From Takakia lepidozioides (taxonomy: Eukaryota > Plantae > Bryophyta): 64,000 nucleotides of DNA. A program made the translations under genes and the position numbers. The notes beneath the pieces were generated by a model, which was given only the letters and a program-made list of their open reading frames with translations, was not told where the DNA came from and did not search any database. Below, piece by piece: positions 22,555-36,259 of the stretch (within the stretch, counting starts at the first letter, position 1; every line of letters begins with the position of its first letter). The stretch lies in NCBI GenBank assembly GCA_030704615.1, contig CM060733.1, positions 27,528,001 to 27,592,000 of the forward strand. Direction: 5' to 3'.

Positions 22555-25428
22555 TCAGGAGCTATCCATGCTATGGTCCATTACTATTCTTGCTACTGGC
22601 TGTTCTTGTCTGACTGCACCAAATACAAAATTTGTGTTTGGGACAAAAGAATCACTTCCACCAGAACCAAAGAAAAAGGGTGTCGAGCTCGGGGAGCTTG
22701 AAACCGGAGCCGTAAATGCAGGGACCGCTACTTGCGGGGGAACCGAGGGGTAGCCAAATCCAAATGTGACCCCCCCTGGCGTGTTGAGTATGGGGGTGTT
22801 CGTAGCGTTCCTCCCAAACACTTCAATTTCATAATCCTGCAGTTGTTGTGCAACCACTACAGAAAAAGAGGCAACACATGTCAGAACATGCAAAACCACG
22901 AGTTCCATCAGGTGCTCTTCACTTTCTACCCTGTACTGCATAAAGCAATCTCTTGATGGGCAAGATCCTCCTTTGACATAAGTTCACAAAGTATTGTTTA
23001 TTCTGTCACTTGCCTTCCAAACTCCTGCCACTTATGTGGTGCTGCCAACAAGACAAGCTTCATACAAATACATAAGTCTATCAGGCCAATAGCTTCCACG
23101 TTCTGCTAGTGGTATAACAGCCACCTCCAGATTGGTAAGTTGCCTTATGAACAGCAATACTAGGGTTAAGAAGACAAGTGCTCATACGAGAGTAGCTCCC
23201 ATAGTCACTGGATCAGAAAGTAATGGAGATCTTAGGCCTAAAACCCGACCTTCAGGGATGCCAGTGTCAATTATCTATCTGTCAGCCTCTATAAAAATAC
23301 AAACCCCTGCGCCTAGAAGTTCTGATGCACTCTAAGGGAGGAAGGCATAATCAGCCTCTCTTTGCACTCATATTGAACAACCTTTATCCTCACAATTACA
23401 CTAAGGTCTGAAGTAGACCACTATGTTGATCACAACTCCACTGAGGCAATAAGTACTTGTGAAAAGGCTTTTACTTTTTTCTGTTGCATCATACCAGAGG
23501 TTGTCATTTTGTCACATGCAAGCTTCTTCAGATAGAGCACGTTTCTGGCCATGACCAAACAGCAGGTAACCTCACAAGATGACTCTGCACATATGCATGT
23601 ACTATGTGGTTTTTGCACTGGAGTGATATGGACCATTCGGCTCTCCATGCTGGATGAAAAAATGTCTTGGTTCAATTGGCATACCTGGGGTGAGATTGAT
23701 GGATGGCCTCCTGTCTTTGACCCACTGATAGCTTTGGGCTAGTGGCCATTGTTTATACCGCATCAAATATGCAATCACTACGGCAGGAGACCTGAAATAC
23801 CAACTCTTACTGTGAGGTGCACATACCAAAGTCCAGGTCTGATTCTTGATTAGTGCAAACCCTACCCAACCATTCACATCTCCAGCCTAATGTGGAGAAG
23901 CAGTTTGCAAACAATTGCTGACATCCTTCCTGAACCTCGACTCTTCATTACAGTTAGATTCCATTAGGAGATTACACCATGATCTCAAATCCACCTGGAT
24001 GGGTCACAGTCACATGATGGAAGAACTGACATCTGTAAGTTCTGGCGATAAAATTGTTATGAAGTCGAATCATGTTTCCACTCCATGTGCCACATACAAG
24101 AGCACCGGTGCAGGGAGTAATACCCGTGTTTTCCCAATCAACAATCCTAAAATAAAATGAGATTTCGGAATAAACCTGTTCTGCCCTGACATGCAGTGCA
24201 CCAGCAACCGTGCTTTGTCTCGCCTAGCTTGCTCTGTCCAACATGCCCACTCCTTGAACATGAATAACCAAACAGTACATCTGGATAGACTAAAGGGAGG
24301 CCAAGGCCTGTCTGTGATGCAGAAGGCTGCTAGCATTTTGTCAAGGCAGGTTGTACTCATGTTTAGGTTCTTTCTTTGATGGACACAGAGGGGATGATGT
24401 GTGCTACTACTTGAATAAGCTGCAGCTGTCATGAAACTCCAATTACAAGTATAACAAACCAGCAGAATGATATTCATAAAACTTTTACAGATACAAAGTA
24501 TCTTTGTAGCTATCTCGGCAGTTTTTGAAGCTAGAAGAAGCAACCAACTATGATATTAATACTGCCACAAACAGGCTTACCAATGAACTCCAGGCACTCA
24601 TCAAAAGGTAACGTCTTGTCTTCCTTTAATGAATGATAGATGAAGGAATTCTTGTAGAGATTTTGACAAGCAGGTACAGTCTGCATACAGGATCCAAAGT
24701 ATCACTCCACCAGACCTCTCGCAAGGTAAGCAGATCTAGCAGATAATTATCTTCATCTGTGAGCTTGAACATGTTATGTATGGAGATACCTCTTTTTCAA
24801 GTCCCTTGAGACAACAGCAGTAATACTTCTAGACTGCATTATTAACCAAGACTCTTCAGGACGTTAATTAGAAATTCTGCAGAAATCAAAAATCACAAGG
24901 AGGGAACAAATCAAGATATAAAGGGGTGGTGGAAATCAGGGCAGAAAGGCGGGTCAACAATTAGTTTTAAAGCCACCAAATTTTGAACGTAAATTACCCG
25001 CTACCATCCAGATACTCGGAAGCCCATTTGTGAGGAGACGCTGTCTCTTTCGAAGGGTTCTTTTTCAGGAACAGAGCAGATAGCACAATTTTCTGTAGGT
25101 TGATCTACAACACTCCACAACCTAAGCCAATCTATTGCAAAGAGGAAATCAGTTCGCTAGTAAACGTAACACCAAACATAGAGATGGTACGTACATTGAG
25201 GATGCGTGAAATTCCTTGCGCCTTCAAGAGCTCAGCCCTGGATGCATTGTCATAGCTGCCAAGGTACAAAAACTGTGGCAAAATCTCATTCGAAAATGCA
25301 CTCTGCTGCGGACCTTTCTCTGTTGCTTCCTGCAAGCGATGTCCACAGATCCCACAGACCTCTCCATCCTCGAACTTATGATAATGGCCACAGACAAAAC
25401 AAGGATTCTCCCTCTCTCGTTTCGGCAT
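22555..25428 (-). CDS. IBR5: Dual-specificity (MAPK) protein phosphatase, IBR5-like; exons approx 25428-25195, 24680-24581, 24233-24176, 23791-23685, 22856-22555
   Basis: MPKRERENPCFVCGHYHK..GEVCGICGH, LYLGSYDNASRAELLK, catalytic VHCMSGQNRS, C-terminal FVFGA...MDSS; GT-AG junctions are consistent. Confidence 0.92.
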
Positions 25429-28076
25429 CTCGCCCTCTTTCCGTTTATCTCCTTCTGCTGCGGCCTGGCCTTGCGTCTAACAAAGAGCAACAGTTATTTA
25501 CTAACCGAACTTTCTGCTTCTCTGGCATGCACTCTCAAAGATCCCCCAAGGGTTTCGTAAAGCACTGAAAAGCCACTTTGGGAAGTAGGCGCTTCCTACA
25601 TCAATAACCCTAGGCGAACCACAGCTAAGGGCGCGTCCGTCAAGGCAAGAGAGCTTGAACGGAACTAAATGGAACCCGTACAGCAAGATTACCACTCATA
25701 ACCATCATACCAAATTCCCTCATCTCATACACCACGCCACGACATCTCCCGAACAAGCTTCCGCGTCCGATCCACACATCACTCCATAAATGAAGCACAG
25801 CAAGTCACTCAGCTCCAGGAGATTTCAACTCACTTTCCTGACACACAGAAAAAGCAAGAATATGCTCCCACTTCCAGAGAAGCCACGGCATGGTCTTCCT
25901 GCACAGCAGAGCCAAGCGGCTGCATCAACCGACGGCCATGGCTAGACTTGGCAGCACCACAGCGCAACTCTTTCTCTCTCTCTCTCGTACTAACACACCA
26001 CACCCGAGCGACAGAACGAGGAAGACAGTTGCCGATGCGGTCGCCGGCACGCTCTGTCGGTCGGTATCGCGTGCCCCACCGGTTTCTACAAAACCCTCGG
26101 ACCCATAATATTCGTGAGAAGGAACTCCACCCAATTACACGTATTGCTTGCGAAGTGAGCACACCGGGAAATCGATACTTTATGGTACGCCGTTTGTGGG
26201 CTTTTTTGTGCAACTGAGATACCCTCGCCGGCAAACCATGAGAGGTTTGCCGTCAGTCAGACCGGGATCCATTTGTTTCAAGTATTTCTTTAGCATCAGA
26301 ACCAAGATATTATTGACTCGGCCGTTTGATGCATACAGACATAGTAAGGGAAAAAAAAAAGAAAAAGAAGAAAAAAGAAAAGTCTGCATTAAGAAAAAAG
26401 AACGAAAAAAGAAAAAAGAAAAGAGAAAAGCTCACAATTGGGTATTCCTCCACGGTGTCTTGATGCATTTTGTTGGTGTACCAACAAGCTCCTAGCACCT
26501 GGGGATGAGCATTACTTTTCTTACCTTGCAGGGAGCTCTGCATGGCTAGAATCACACTCGCACCTTGCATGCTTGTGGTGAGCTGTGAATTCCCATCTGG
26601 AATCTTGATTTTGGAAGTTTTGGTTCACAATAGAGATCAGCTTTGGGCTGAAGAGTGTAGTCCAGGCCCATGCACCAGGGATGTTGTTGATCCACGCAGA
26701 TCCCGTGATTTTGGTGTTTTGTATGGCTGAGTATCAACCAAATGGAACTGATCCATGAACTGGCTAACTCGCTGTAGGTCCTGATACAACTCCCGGGATT
26801 GGATGTGTCGAAATGACACTTGCTCAACACTTTTTCCTTTGAGATTAGCTCTCCTTCACGATGAAAATACCAGAGTATATGGGCTTAAATGGGTGTTACA
26901 TTCGTGCTCATGTGCATCCGGTCCCAGATGGGACAAAATAACGGGCTTGGTATGTAGGCATGCACTCGCCATTGCTACTCGTTCCGTCAGCTTGCCACAT
27001 TAGGTGACAGCTCTTGGGAAGAAATGTAGATTCCATTTCTCCCACACCTCCATGGCACTGCTGATCTGCAGTAGCAGAGAGGGCAGTTTCACTGACGAGC
27101 ATCCTCCCCAAAAAGGGCACCCACAAAAAACAACAAAACCATTTCCTGTCTGACCACTTGAAGCGCCATAGTGATTGGATTAGACCCTCTCCACATGCAA
27201 ATGAAAGTCAGCTTGCATCTGTGGAGCTCAAGAACAAGAAAAATTCCACCAAGTATAACAAGTAAACGCCACATGGATTGACGGGAAGAGAAACAATCGT
27301 CGTGGTTTGCTACACAAATTAAGACATCTCAATCAAATCACTTTCCAGATTCACCGACTCACTTCATGTGATGCCTAGCATTCCTGAAAAGAGACTGACA
27401 TTGTCAATGTGTGAATGCTAGTTAAAATTAATCTCAACTCTACTGATGACCACAGTGAGACAAGCAAGTGCCAGTAGATGCGGTCTATGATCTCAAATCG
27501 TGAGCTGTTCATACAATCCAATCCAAAATGAAGTGGATCCATCCCCTGCTTCTCTCTCTCTCTCTGTCAGGGGTCTGCCTGTCGTTCTCTGCCACAGAAA
27601 TCTTTTCCCCTGCTTTCCATGTCCAAACGAGGCAGTGTCTACGTAAAGTAAACTCTAATAATGCATCTCTCAACCACAAAAAAGTGGCAGAAGCAGCTCA
27701 TAACATCTAAAAGAGCTACAGTACTGGCTGCTCCCATAGATACAGTGCAAGGAAATCATGAAAGATCATAGCTCAGACCAATAACATCTTAGTTCAAAAC
27801 CAACATGACAGCAGGATGGTCCACATAAGCTCAACAGCTAACTTAGACCTAGCCTTCACTTCAGACACTCTCTATAACCTATTCTGCTCAGACTGCTTTG
27901 GAAGAAGAAATAAACTCAAGGGTATAAGGAAGGAGGGCTTAGATAAAGTAGAAAAGATTGAGGCAGTAGAGGACAATCTCTCATTGTCAGCAGCCTTCTA
28001 TCCTACTTAATGTCCCACTGCTGCACTGCGCACTGTAAAGGAGGTCCTTGGCGATGGAAAGCAATCAGTAACATAC

Positions 28077-30384
28077 CTACGCGGCTACACTTGAAGGTCC
28101 CACCCCAGGAGTGCCAGAAGGACCATTTTTCTTTAGAGCAGTGTTCTTCACAATCTGCCACCCCAACAACCTCTTAGAGCCCAACCACATCCATCCCAAC
28201 TTTTCAGCACCAATTTTCAAATCCCTGCAATTAACAACTTCTTGAACTTGCAGCCATCTTATTGTAGATCCAGCTGTCAAAATCTCTCTCTCGCGGGTCG
28301 TCCAAACTGGCCGCGGGGTCGAAGGCCGCAAGGGTACGGCAAACAAAGTCTTATGAACACCTTCTCTCTCTCAGGCCCTGTGTTGCTCTCTCCATCTCAT
28401 GGCAGCTAACATCATTGGAACTACAGCATTTTGTCCAGCCCTTGGAGATAAAAGCATTACATGACTGGTGCTAAGATGTACTACCATGCCATTCACAGCC
28501 ACTCAATGGCTTGAGAAGAACCTTGAGAGAGTTTATGGGAGGAGTCTACTGCTAATGGCAAACAACAAAAGAAGGTTGTTGTATATCCTCCTTTTAGGGC
28601 AAGTTTCCCCGTGAACAGGTCAGCCCATTTTCTGACATTACACAGCCTGAGTCCAGCAGGCTCAAAAGGAGCCTTGCCATGACCCAGACCTTGATGCAGG
28701 CCATGCTCCGAGAGAACTCCGCAAAAAGTGGAAGGCTGGTGGTTCATGGCCTGGGGACTCCCTACACACACACACAACAGTGTTGTACCGCTGCCGGCAC
28801 GTGTGCACTGGATGAGCCTCATTACTACTCGCTGGTGGGCTTGCTGGTATAGCCAGTCAGGCAGTCTGCAAGCCCTTCTGCATGGAAAGGTGAGCACACC
28901 CTGGAGCCGTGCTGACACCAGTATGGACTGACATCAGGAATGGATTCCAGCTTGCATGGAAAAAGTCCCCCATGTGATTTTTCCAGCCCAAGCAACAGCA
29001 GGTTCAGTGCCAGCATAGACAGCTGGAGATGCTTCAGCACTCATGAAAGGACCCTTCCCTGTGCTTGTGTGGATCTCTTTCTCCACTGACACAGTCTCAA
29101 GGATACAGCAAGCTGAGTCCAATGAGTATCTCCCTATCTCTCACTGTGCAAAGGCCGAAATTATTTTACCTGACGCAACATCTGATTTTCGCGCTGTAAT
29201 GTGGACACCCGTTCCTCCAATTCTGCATTTCGTTGCTCAAGCTCCTTAGACCGTACCTCCAGGTCACTTAGATATGCTTTCTTCCTTTCTCGAGCTTGCT
29301 GGGCTGACACACGATTCCTCAACAGCCTACACCCAAACAAAAAACATGTCATCCTTGTCTTCGGCTGTCTCTCTCTGCCACTGTGTCTGTTACAACATGG
29401 ATACTTCAGTCCACAACAGCTGTCTTTTCTTCAATATCCTCCTCTGTGCCTTGAACTCACCCATCCAGGCTACATGCCAACCATATATACTACATCAGTA
29501 TCTATCCACTCCAACTACATACTCAATGTGTGGAAGTCTACGTATCCACCACTTCCTGTGGCAGATACGTAAGCAAAACATCCTCACTATCTAAACAAAT
29601 GGGTTGGGTTCACCTTAAGCTGATTGGTGTTTAGGCACAAACTGGCAACAAGATTATGCATCATACCGACAAGTAGGAGGGAAGCGTAGGGAAAGGTAAC
29701 AAAAGCTAACCTCTTCAAGCGCTTATGCTCTTTGTCAGCTGAAGCTCCACCTCTTTTCCTTGGAGGGGGCCCAGAACCCCCCTTCTCATGAGCCTGTGAT
29801 GACCCAGCACCGGATGTCCCACCCTTTCCAGACATTTCGGGCACCCTCCTGACATCTGAATCACTTTCATTCCCTGACAGCACAAGCCCCAACTCTCATT
29901 AGTTCCTTCTCTTTCTCTCTTCCCCAAGTGGGCAAATCAAGTTTTCCCTTTGACAGTATGCCTCCTCTCTTCCAATCACTAACTGATCACACATGTGAAC
30001 CACTGTTTGACTGTAGCCACTTCTCTGAAAGTCTTGAGGAGTTTTCTGGTTTCTGGGGTTCTCACAACAATCAGACAAATTACCATCTTTCTTAAGTTTG
30101 TCAGAAGCAGTGGAGGCCACAGGAGGGGATTTAGACTTCTCGCTGCTTGTTTGTTTCGTTGAAGGTGACAGCGAGGACGTGGCAGCAGAAGCTGCCTGCA
30201 TTGGAGCTCTCTCTTCAGCTCCCTGTATCTTTCCACCTATAACCGGCTTCCAACCTCTGATAAACTCACTTTCCTTTGCTGACTCCTTTCTTGTAAAACT
30301 GCCAGCCAGGGTGCTGCCTCTTGCTGCCGTCCTCACCGGTGTCAACTTCGTCACCCTTCCGTTCCTGAACTCCTGTCCTGCCAT
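28077..30384 (-). CDS. HY5: HY5-like bZIP transcription factor; exons approx 30384(or 30201)-30084, 29873-29711, 29326-29170, 28154-28077
   Basis: COP1-binding [41 protein letters not shown], and leucine zipper [22 protein letters not shown]. Confidence 0.93.
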
Positions 30385-32194
30385 CCCACCCTACCCTTCA
30401 ACACCGCAGCTCTCTCTTGCCTCGCTATAGTAGGAGCATAGTCTTCCAAATAACATGCTGGAAAACCCCCAAATCCTTTTTCTGATGTGCACATACCCCA
30501 AGACTCTAGGGCAAACAAACAGTTTGTGAGTACCCCCTCTCGTTTCTTCCCCTGAACCTCCCTAGATAGTCAGAGGGTACTCTCTCCCACTGATGCAGAC
30601 CCTAAAAGCAGGGCCCGTAAAGTCATAATCCAGTACAGCATTCCAATTTCTAGTCACAACCAGAAAGGGAAATCGAGCAACATCAGGTCCTCACCTTCTA
30701 ATCTCAACAAATCCAAGAAAATAGTGTCATTTCGACCCTTGAGTCATCCAGACCAGCCAGCAGGAATAAAAAGGTATCTCAATTATTGGTGTTTGTGTGA
30801 AGGGAGCTGGAATCTCACACCACCCCACATATCCCCCTTGGCTTTGCCACATGAAAGATTGGCCCAAAAGAGAGTTCCCTTGACAGAGAAAATGTTGTAA
30901 TGTCACAGATTGGACGTACATTCATTCAACACCCTGCTATGATGGTTGCCTTTAGGGACCTTTGAACAGAGCATATAACAAACACATCAAATTTGCAACT
31001 TCCCAACTGAAATCATTGGATATAGAAGACGAGGATAAGAGAAGCCCACCCTGGCCAGTAAGGGAAGTCGAGGCCGAGGGATCAGTCACGTCCGGGACTT
31101 CGGCATCGCTGTCATCACTGTCAGAACTAGAACACTCGGAGCCCAAATCTACCTCCGACTCCACCCACTGAACCTGCTCGCTGTGGCTCTCCAATTCATT
31201 CATTAAACCCTATTCGCCCTCCCTTCAGCCCAGACCTCCCTCTCCTCACCTCCAAGAAACCCGAAACCCTAGTCTCCAATACCAACTCTACAGAGCAGGG
31301 ACACAAACAAGCCTTGCCTATCTTTCAACCACGAAGTCTTCCACCACCGCTCTCAAGAAAGCATCAACTTCGCAAGAAAATGATCGAAGAGGCTCCCGCA
31401 ATTTCAGTCGAAAATGACATTAGATACGGCAGTATTGCACTCCTTCAAAGATGACGACTTCAGCCAACGAAGCTTCAGTCACAATCATACCCAGGAGAAA
31501 TATTCTCCCCTCTTTCCCCACATAACATTCCGCAAATCACCCTGTCTCTCTCGTCCCGTCTCCCCAACCGACTACTCGATCCCACGCATTCTCTGCCAGA
31601 CGACAATCGTATTTCCCACAGATCGTAAACGTATTCTAACCCAGGTGCCCCCGATCCTCGCAAAGCTACAGGTGAAGACTGAAGACCAGGGTGGCAAGAG
31701 TAGGATGAGCTCAAACAATTACCGCTGCGATAGGCAGTACTTTACAAAGCAGGATGGCACGCCATGGTGTGGCATAACAGCATTTGCCTATTTGCGGAAA
31801 TCCTTCTGCAAATCCCAATGAATGGAGAGTGTACGCAGGGATTAGGGACCAGGGCAGCAGCAGGCATCAGCAGCAAGTGTAAAGGCAAAGTAGAAGTGGG
31901 TGAGCTTGACCGTTCTTCCCCTTTACTCGACCCCGTAAGTGCAATCCACACTGTGCGTGAGAAGAGTAACGTAAAGTAAAGAGCGGCCACAGCAGTTGGT
32001 TATAAGTTATAACGTCGCCCCACCTCAGCGCGGGCCGCGTCACCTACCCGCCCTCTTCTCTGCACAGCCCACGTTGCCGCGCCGCCCACCGCGCGATGCC
32101 CCTGCCATCCTCTGCCTTTCTCTCTCTCTCCTTTTCTTGCCCTGCCCTCCCATCTTGGGCTCAAATCCTCCCCACCTCGTTTTCCGTTCTTGCC

Positions 32195-32770
32195 TCTGCT
32201 AGAAAGAAAACCCCTAATGTGTCTCTGTCGAAAGAAAACCCATACTTTTTGTCCAATACCAGAAAGATAACCCATAATATTATTCTGGGAGTCTTGCTTC
32301 CCTGCTAGAAAGAAAACCCATACTTTTTCCTCTACTAGAAAGAAAACCAACAAATTCTTTCTGTGAGTCTTGCGGCGCCTGTTTTTATTTCTGGCGAATT
32401 TTCGCAATATTTCAACCACAAAAAAGAAAATGGAATATTCTGTCGTAAATTCCTTGTTTTCTCATGGATGAAATCGCCAAACTTCTCCAAATAAAATATA
32501 AATTATGGATGAATTTGCAAAATATGGATGATATATATGGATGAAATTAAAGAAGAGGGTGATTCTATCCAAATCTCAGTGGATGAACAGAAAATATGGC
32601 TATTTCCTGCAAAACTCAGCAGCCACTTCTGTTATTTTCCAAATTTCAAAAGAAATCACTGGTCTTGCCTCCCTGCTAGAAAGAAAACGCATAAAAAATT
32701 TCTGTGAGTCTCCTCTCCCTTCTAAACAGATAAAACTTTCTGTGAGTCTTGGCTCTTTACTAGGACGAAA
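32195..32770. repeat. Degenerate tandem repeat (CTGCTAGAAAGAAAACCC units) interrupted by a ~290-bp AT-rich MITE-like insert
   Basis: About five units at 32197-32350 and ~32672. The insert ~32374-32661 is flanked by GTCTTGC on both sides. Confidence 0.4.
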
Positions 32771-33049
32771 AGGGTTTCAGAGGACAAAGGATTTTAATTA
32801 AAAATAAAAGATAACCGCCAATTCCTAGTGGTTCACAAGTGATCAAGGGATATCGCATGCCAGCGTGTGTGTACCTTTTGCGTCCTCATTACCGTCCTTG
32901 TACTTCTCTCTATCATATATATATATATATACATCGGAACTGAATGGACTCATATCCGAGTTGTACTTGAAGGATAATAACCGACCTGTATTTGTTTTTT
33001 TTCTGTTGTGTTTTTGTCTTTTCTCTTGCTGGATTAGTGTTAGAGGCCG

Positions 33050-33124
33050 AACTTGCAGGGGAATCGAACCTGAGACGTAGGGATCAATGTAGAGGATGCC
33101 ACACCACTGGGCCCAGAGGCCCGA
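33050..33124 (-). repeat. tRNA-derived SINE-like head
   Basis: Minus strand TGGGCCCAGTGG (A-box-like) and GGTTCGATTCC (B box). Confidence 0.5.
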
Positions 33125-33511
33125 TGTGTACAACAATCGTTTTATGTAGCAAACAGTAACAGTATTTAGTTTAGAGTTGCCGCCCTGGTTGAATGTCTGT
33201 GATGCCCTAATAAATGGATGGGTAAGTGAGATTAGGGATGAGGGAGATTAGGCAAAGAGAGCTGGCACGTGGAATGGCCTAACGCCCAGAGCTAACAGCA
33301 AGGAGGCAGGCTCGCTCGCCCTCACATTCACCCACTCTCCTGCATCAGATTTGTGGTTTAATGGCTGGTGCCGCACTGTCTGTCTGTCTGTCTATGTAGC
33401 GATCTACGTGTTGTGCATGTCGAGGTTTTGTTTGTGTTTTGTGTTTGGGCACGAAATCGGAGTGCAGAAGTAACGGCATGCAAATGTTAGAGAACAAGAG
33501 CTTGAGGGCAA

Positions 33512-36259
33512 ATGTCAGAGCTGGGTTGGATTGATCGACTGCGGGTTTCTTCTGCCCGGGCTCTGCCCTCCTCCTTCAATCCCGAGGAAAACTTGTATGA
33601 GCTCTTACAGGGGAGGTTGGGCAATGTGACGGTGCCAGCCAACTCTTCATCGTCGTCTGATGCGGGACGATCCTACCGGTCCTTAGAAGCACCATTGGTA
33701 CGAGAGGATAATGCAGCTTTGAAAATGGATCCAGAAAGCTCGGAATACATGTCAAACTCGTATAGTTGGGTCCCTTCTCAGCTGCATGACTCTCTAAGCT
33801 GTTTGTATTCAAATCATTTGCCAGAGGCAGCAGACACTCACTTTCCTTTCAAGTCACCCGATCAAGCTTACCCTCAAATCCAAGCGCTCCGTGATGTTAT
33901 GTCATATGGAAGCATTTCCAGTCAGACAGTTCCGTCCCCTCATCTTCCCTCTGTCAACTATAGGGTCGCACCTCCCTCCCTCTATCCCCTTGACGAGACT
34001 CCAGACTCCTTGGTAGGGGCTAATTATTTACAGCTGTCACAATCAAAGCAGGAAATGCTGGCTTATCAAGCCTTGTGCACAGACATGTATGGAACAGAGA
34101 GAAGTCCCCACAGAAGCCAGTTCCAGCGTGAAAACCATATCCTTGCTGAGCGTCAGCGCAGAGAGGAAATGAACGAGAAGTTTTCGGCCTTGAGAGCTAT
34201 GATTCCCAAAGGCACCAAGGTACAAATCTACACAACCACTTGCCACTTAGCCTCTTCAAGAAAAATGAAGTGAGAAGACTAATTTGTAAGTTGTGACTGG
34301 TAGTACCCCGTTGCGATTCTCCGCCTCTCTAGTCTTTAGGACATGGATGCGGATTCCGTGCACGCAGGCAAATGGCCAGTCATGTCAATTAAGGACTTCG
34401 AACAAGAAAATATGGCTTCCACATGTTTCATTATTTTCGGCAAGTAACAATCTAGGTGCCGCGGTTATGAGAATCAATGCTTGCTGTTGTCTGAGTGTTT
34501 AGGAGTCCATCTCACAATGTTGAGTTACGGGCCTTTCAGAAAGACAAGGCATCAATAGTGGGGGATACCATCAACTATGTCTTAGAGCTGGAGAAGAGGC
34601 TGAAACATCTGCAAGCTTGCAAAGATAAGAAAGGCTACTTCAAACCTTCCAAGAGGAAAACAACACCGGCGGCCATTCACACCTTTGACGAATTTGATAG
34701 ACCGGCTGCCTGTAATACTATCGCGGAAACTCCCTTGGGACCATCGACAGATGATAGCGTACAACAACCAGTACAGAAAGCAAAAGCAAGAGAAGAGTCA
34801 GGTTTAAGTTCCCAGTGCGAGCAAATGCGCAAAGACTTCAAGCTGGTGAGTTGCCTAGTTCTCGACTGAACTACCTACTACTCTGAACTACTGCCCAGCA
34901 TGCGCCAAGAGAGAACTATAGTTAAGCGAACATGACTAATGTTTCTATCAGAGAGAGCCCAGGAACTGAGCCTCAAATAAAAACTTGAGGGTCAAATCAT
35001 TGCTACTCCCTAGCTTATCAGTCGATGGGACTTTTGTCGGTAACCGCATGCGCATGTCCAGCGAGGTACTGCTGGGGCCTATCTGGTGGGGCCGTTGCTA
35101 GGCACCATGTGAACAGTAAACAAGCTTTCCAATTTCTCAAAGCTGCCAATGAGACAGCAAGTCTCTTGTGAGGCCTAAAGGCTGTCCAGTTAAATTGACT
35201 CAAATAAGAAATTAAAACAGGACCTGATATGATGGCCAGCATGCCGAATCCGTTCTGTGTAGTCATCCCCCTGTCGGATTTATCAGCTTCACTTCTTCTC
35301 CTCTTATTCAATTGAGGTTAAGTAAAGTCTTTGTCGCTGGAGAATGAACCTAGCTTTGTAAAATGTTGTTATGTACACATACACAATGAATACATCGTTC
35401 CTCTTGTGCCGCTCACTCACCTTCTCTCTTCAAAATAGGCCTTGTCAATTTTTTCTCTACCAACAGTGTCCGATGCTAGGGTAAGCAAGCGAATAAATCA
35501 CTGTCTCCTCGAATGAAGTTTGGGATAAAAGCAAAAGCCTCATCACCCATATGGATAATCTAGGGTGATGTGTGATGTACAGCGTAAGAAGAAGCCTGCA
35601 GAAGTGGATGTGCACAATCTGGGGAGCCAAGCAGTGATCAAACTGGTGTGTTCAAGGAGTCCAGGACAAGTGTTGCGTGTGCTCCATGCACTGGATGAAT
35701 GTAAGGTGGACGTGATTCAATCCAATGTGACCACTGTTGGCGAGCACTCGGTGCACTTTGTCACTGTCCAGGTGTGCTTACTTGCTGTTGCAGGTCTGCA
35801 ATTGTAGTGTGTTTCAGCATACCATGCAACTGAATGGTCTTTGAGCTTTGTTAACAGAGCTACTAGAAATCTCTGTACTGGTTGTGTATGACTTGAATAG
35901 ATGGAGTATAGTTCACATGCACCAGTGAGCAACACTAGACTGCAGAGGGATCAAAAATATAACAAGCAATTGATCCATCTGCTATAATCCAGGGGTTTTA
36001 TTCCAGTCACTTGAAGAAATTGATAAAATAATTGTTTGTTCTAATGGCCAGTGTTTGCAGATGATGATAATTTCCTTAAAATTTGTCTTAGCTCTTCCTC
36101 TCCTCCCTTTCCTCTTTTACAGCTAGATCATTTGGAAGGTTTCCTATAGTGAAGTACTTTTTCCAACCATGTTGGGGTGGGATGCAGTTGGAAGCTGGAG
36201 TGAGTGTGAGTACGGAGGAACTCATTTCGGCTCTGCTCTTGGCTGCCTGTCCAGACTGA
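33512..36259 (+). CDS. bHLH transcription factor with C-terminal ACT-like domain; exons approx 33512-34219, 34540-34845, 35583-35771, 36188-36259
   Basis: NHILAERQRREEMNEKFSALRAMIPKGTK|KDKASIVGDTINYVLELEKRL and AVIKLVCSRSPGQVLRVLHALDECKVDVIQSNV. A G-box (CACGTG) lies upstream near 33266. Confidence 0.9.
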
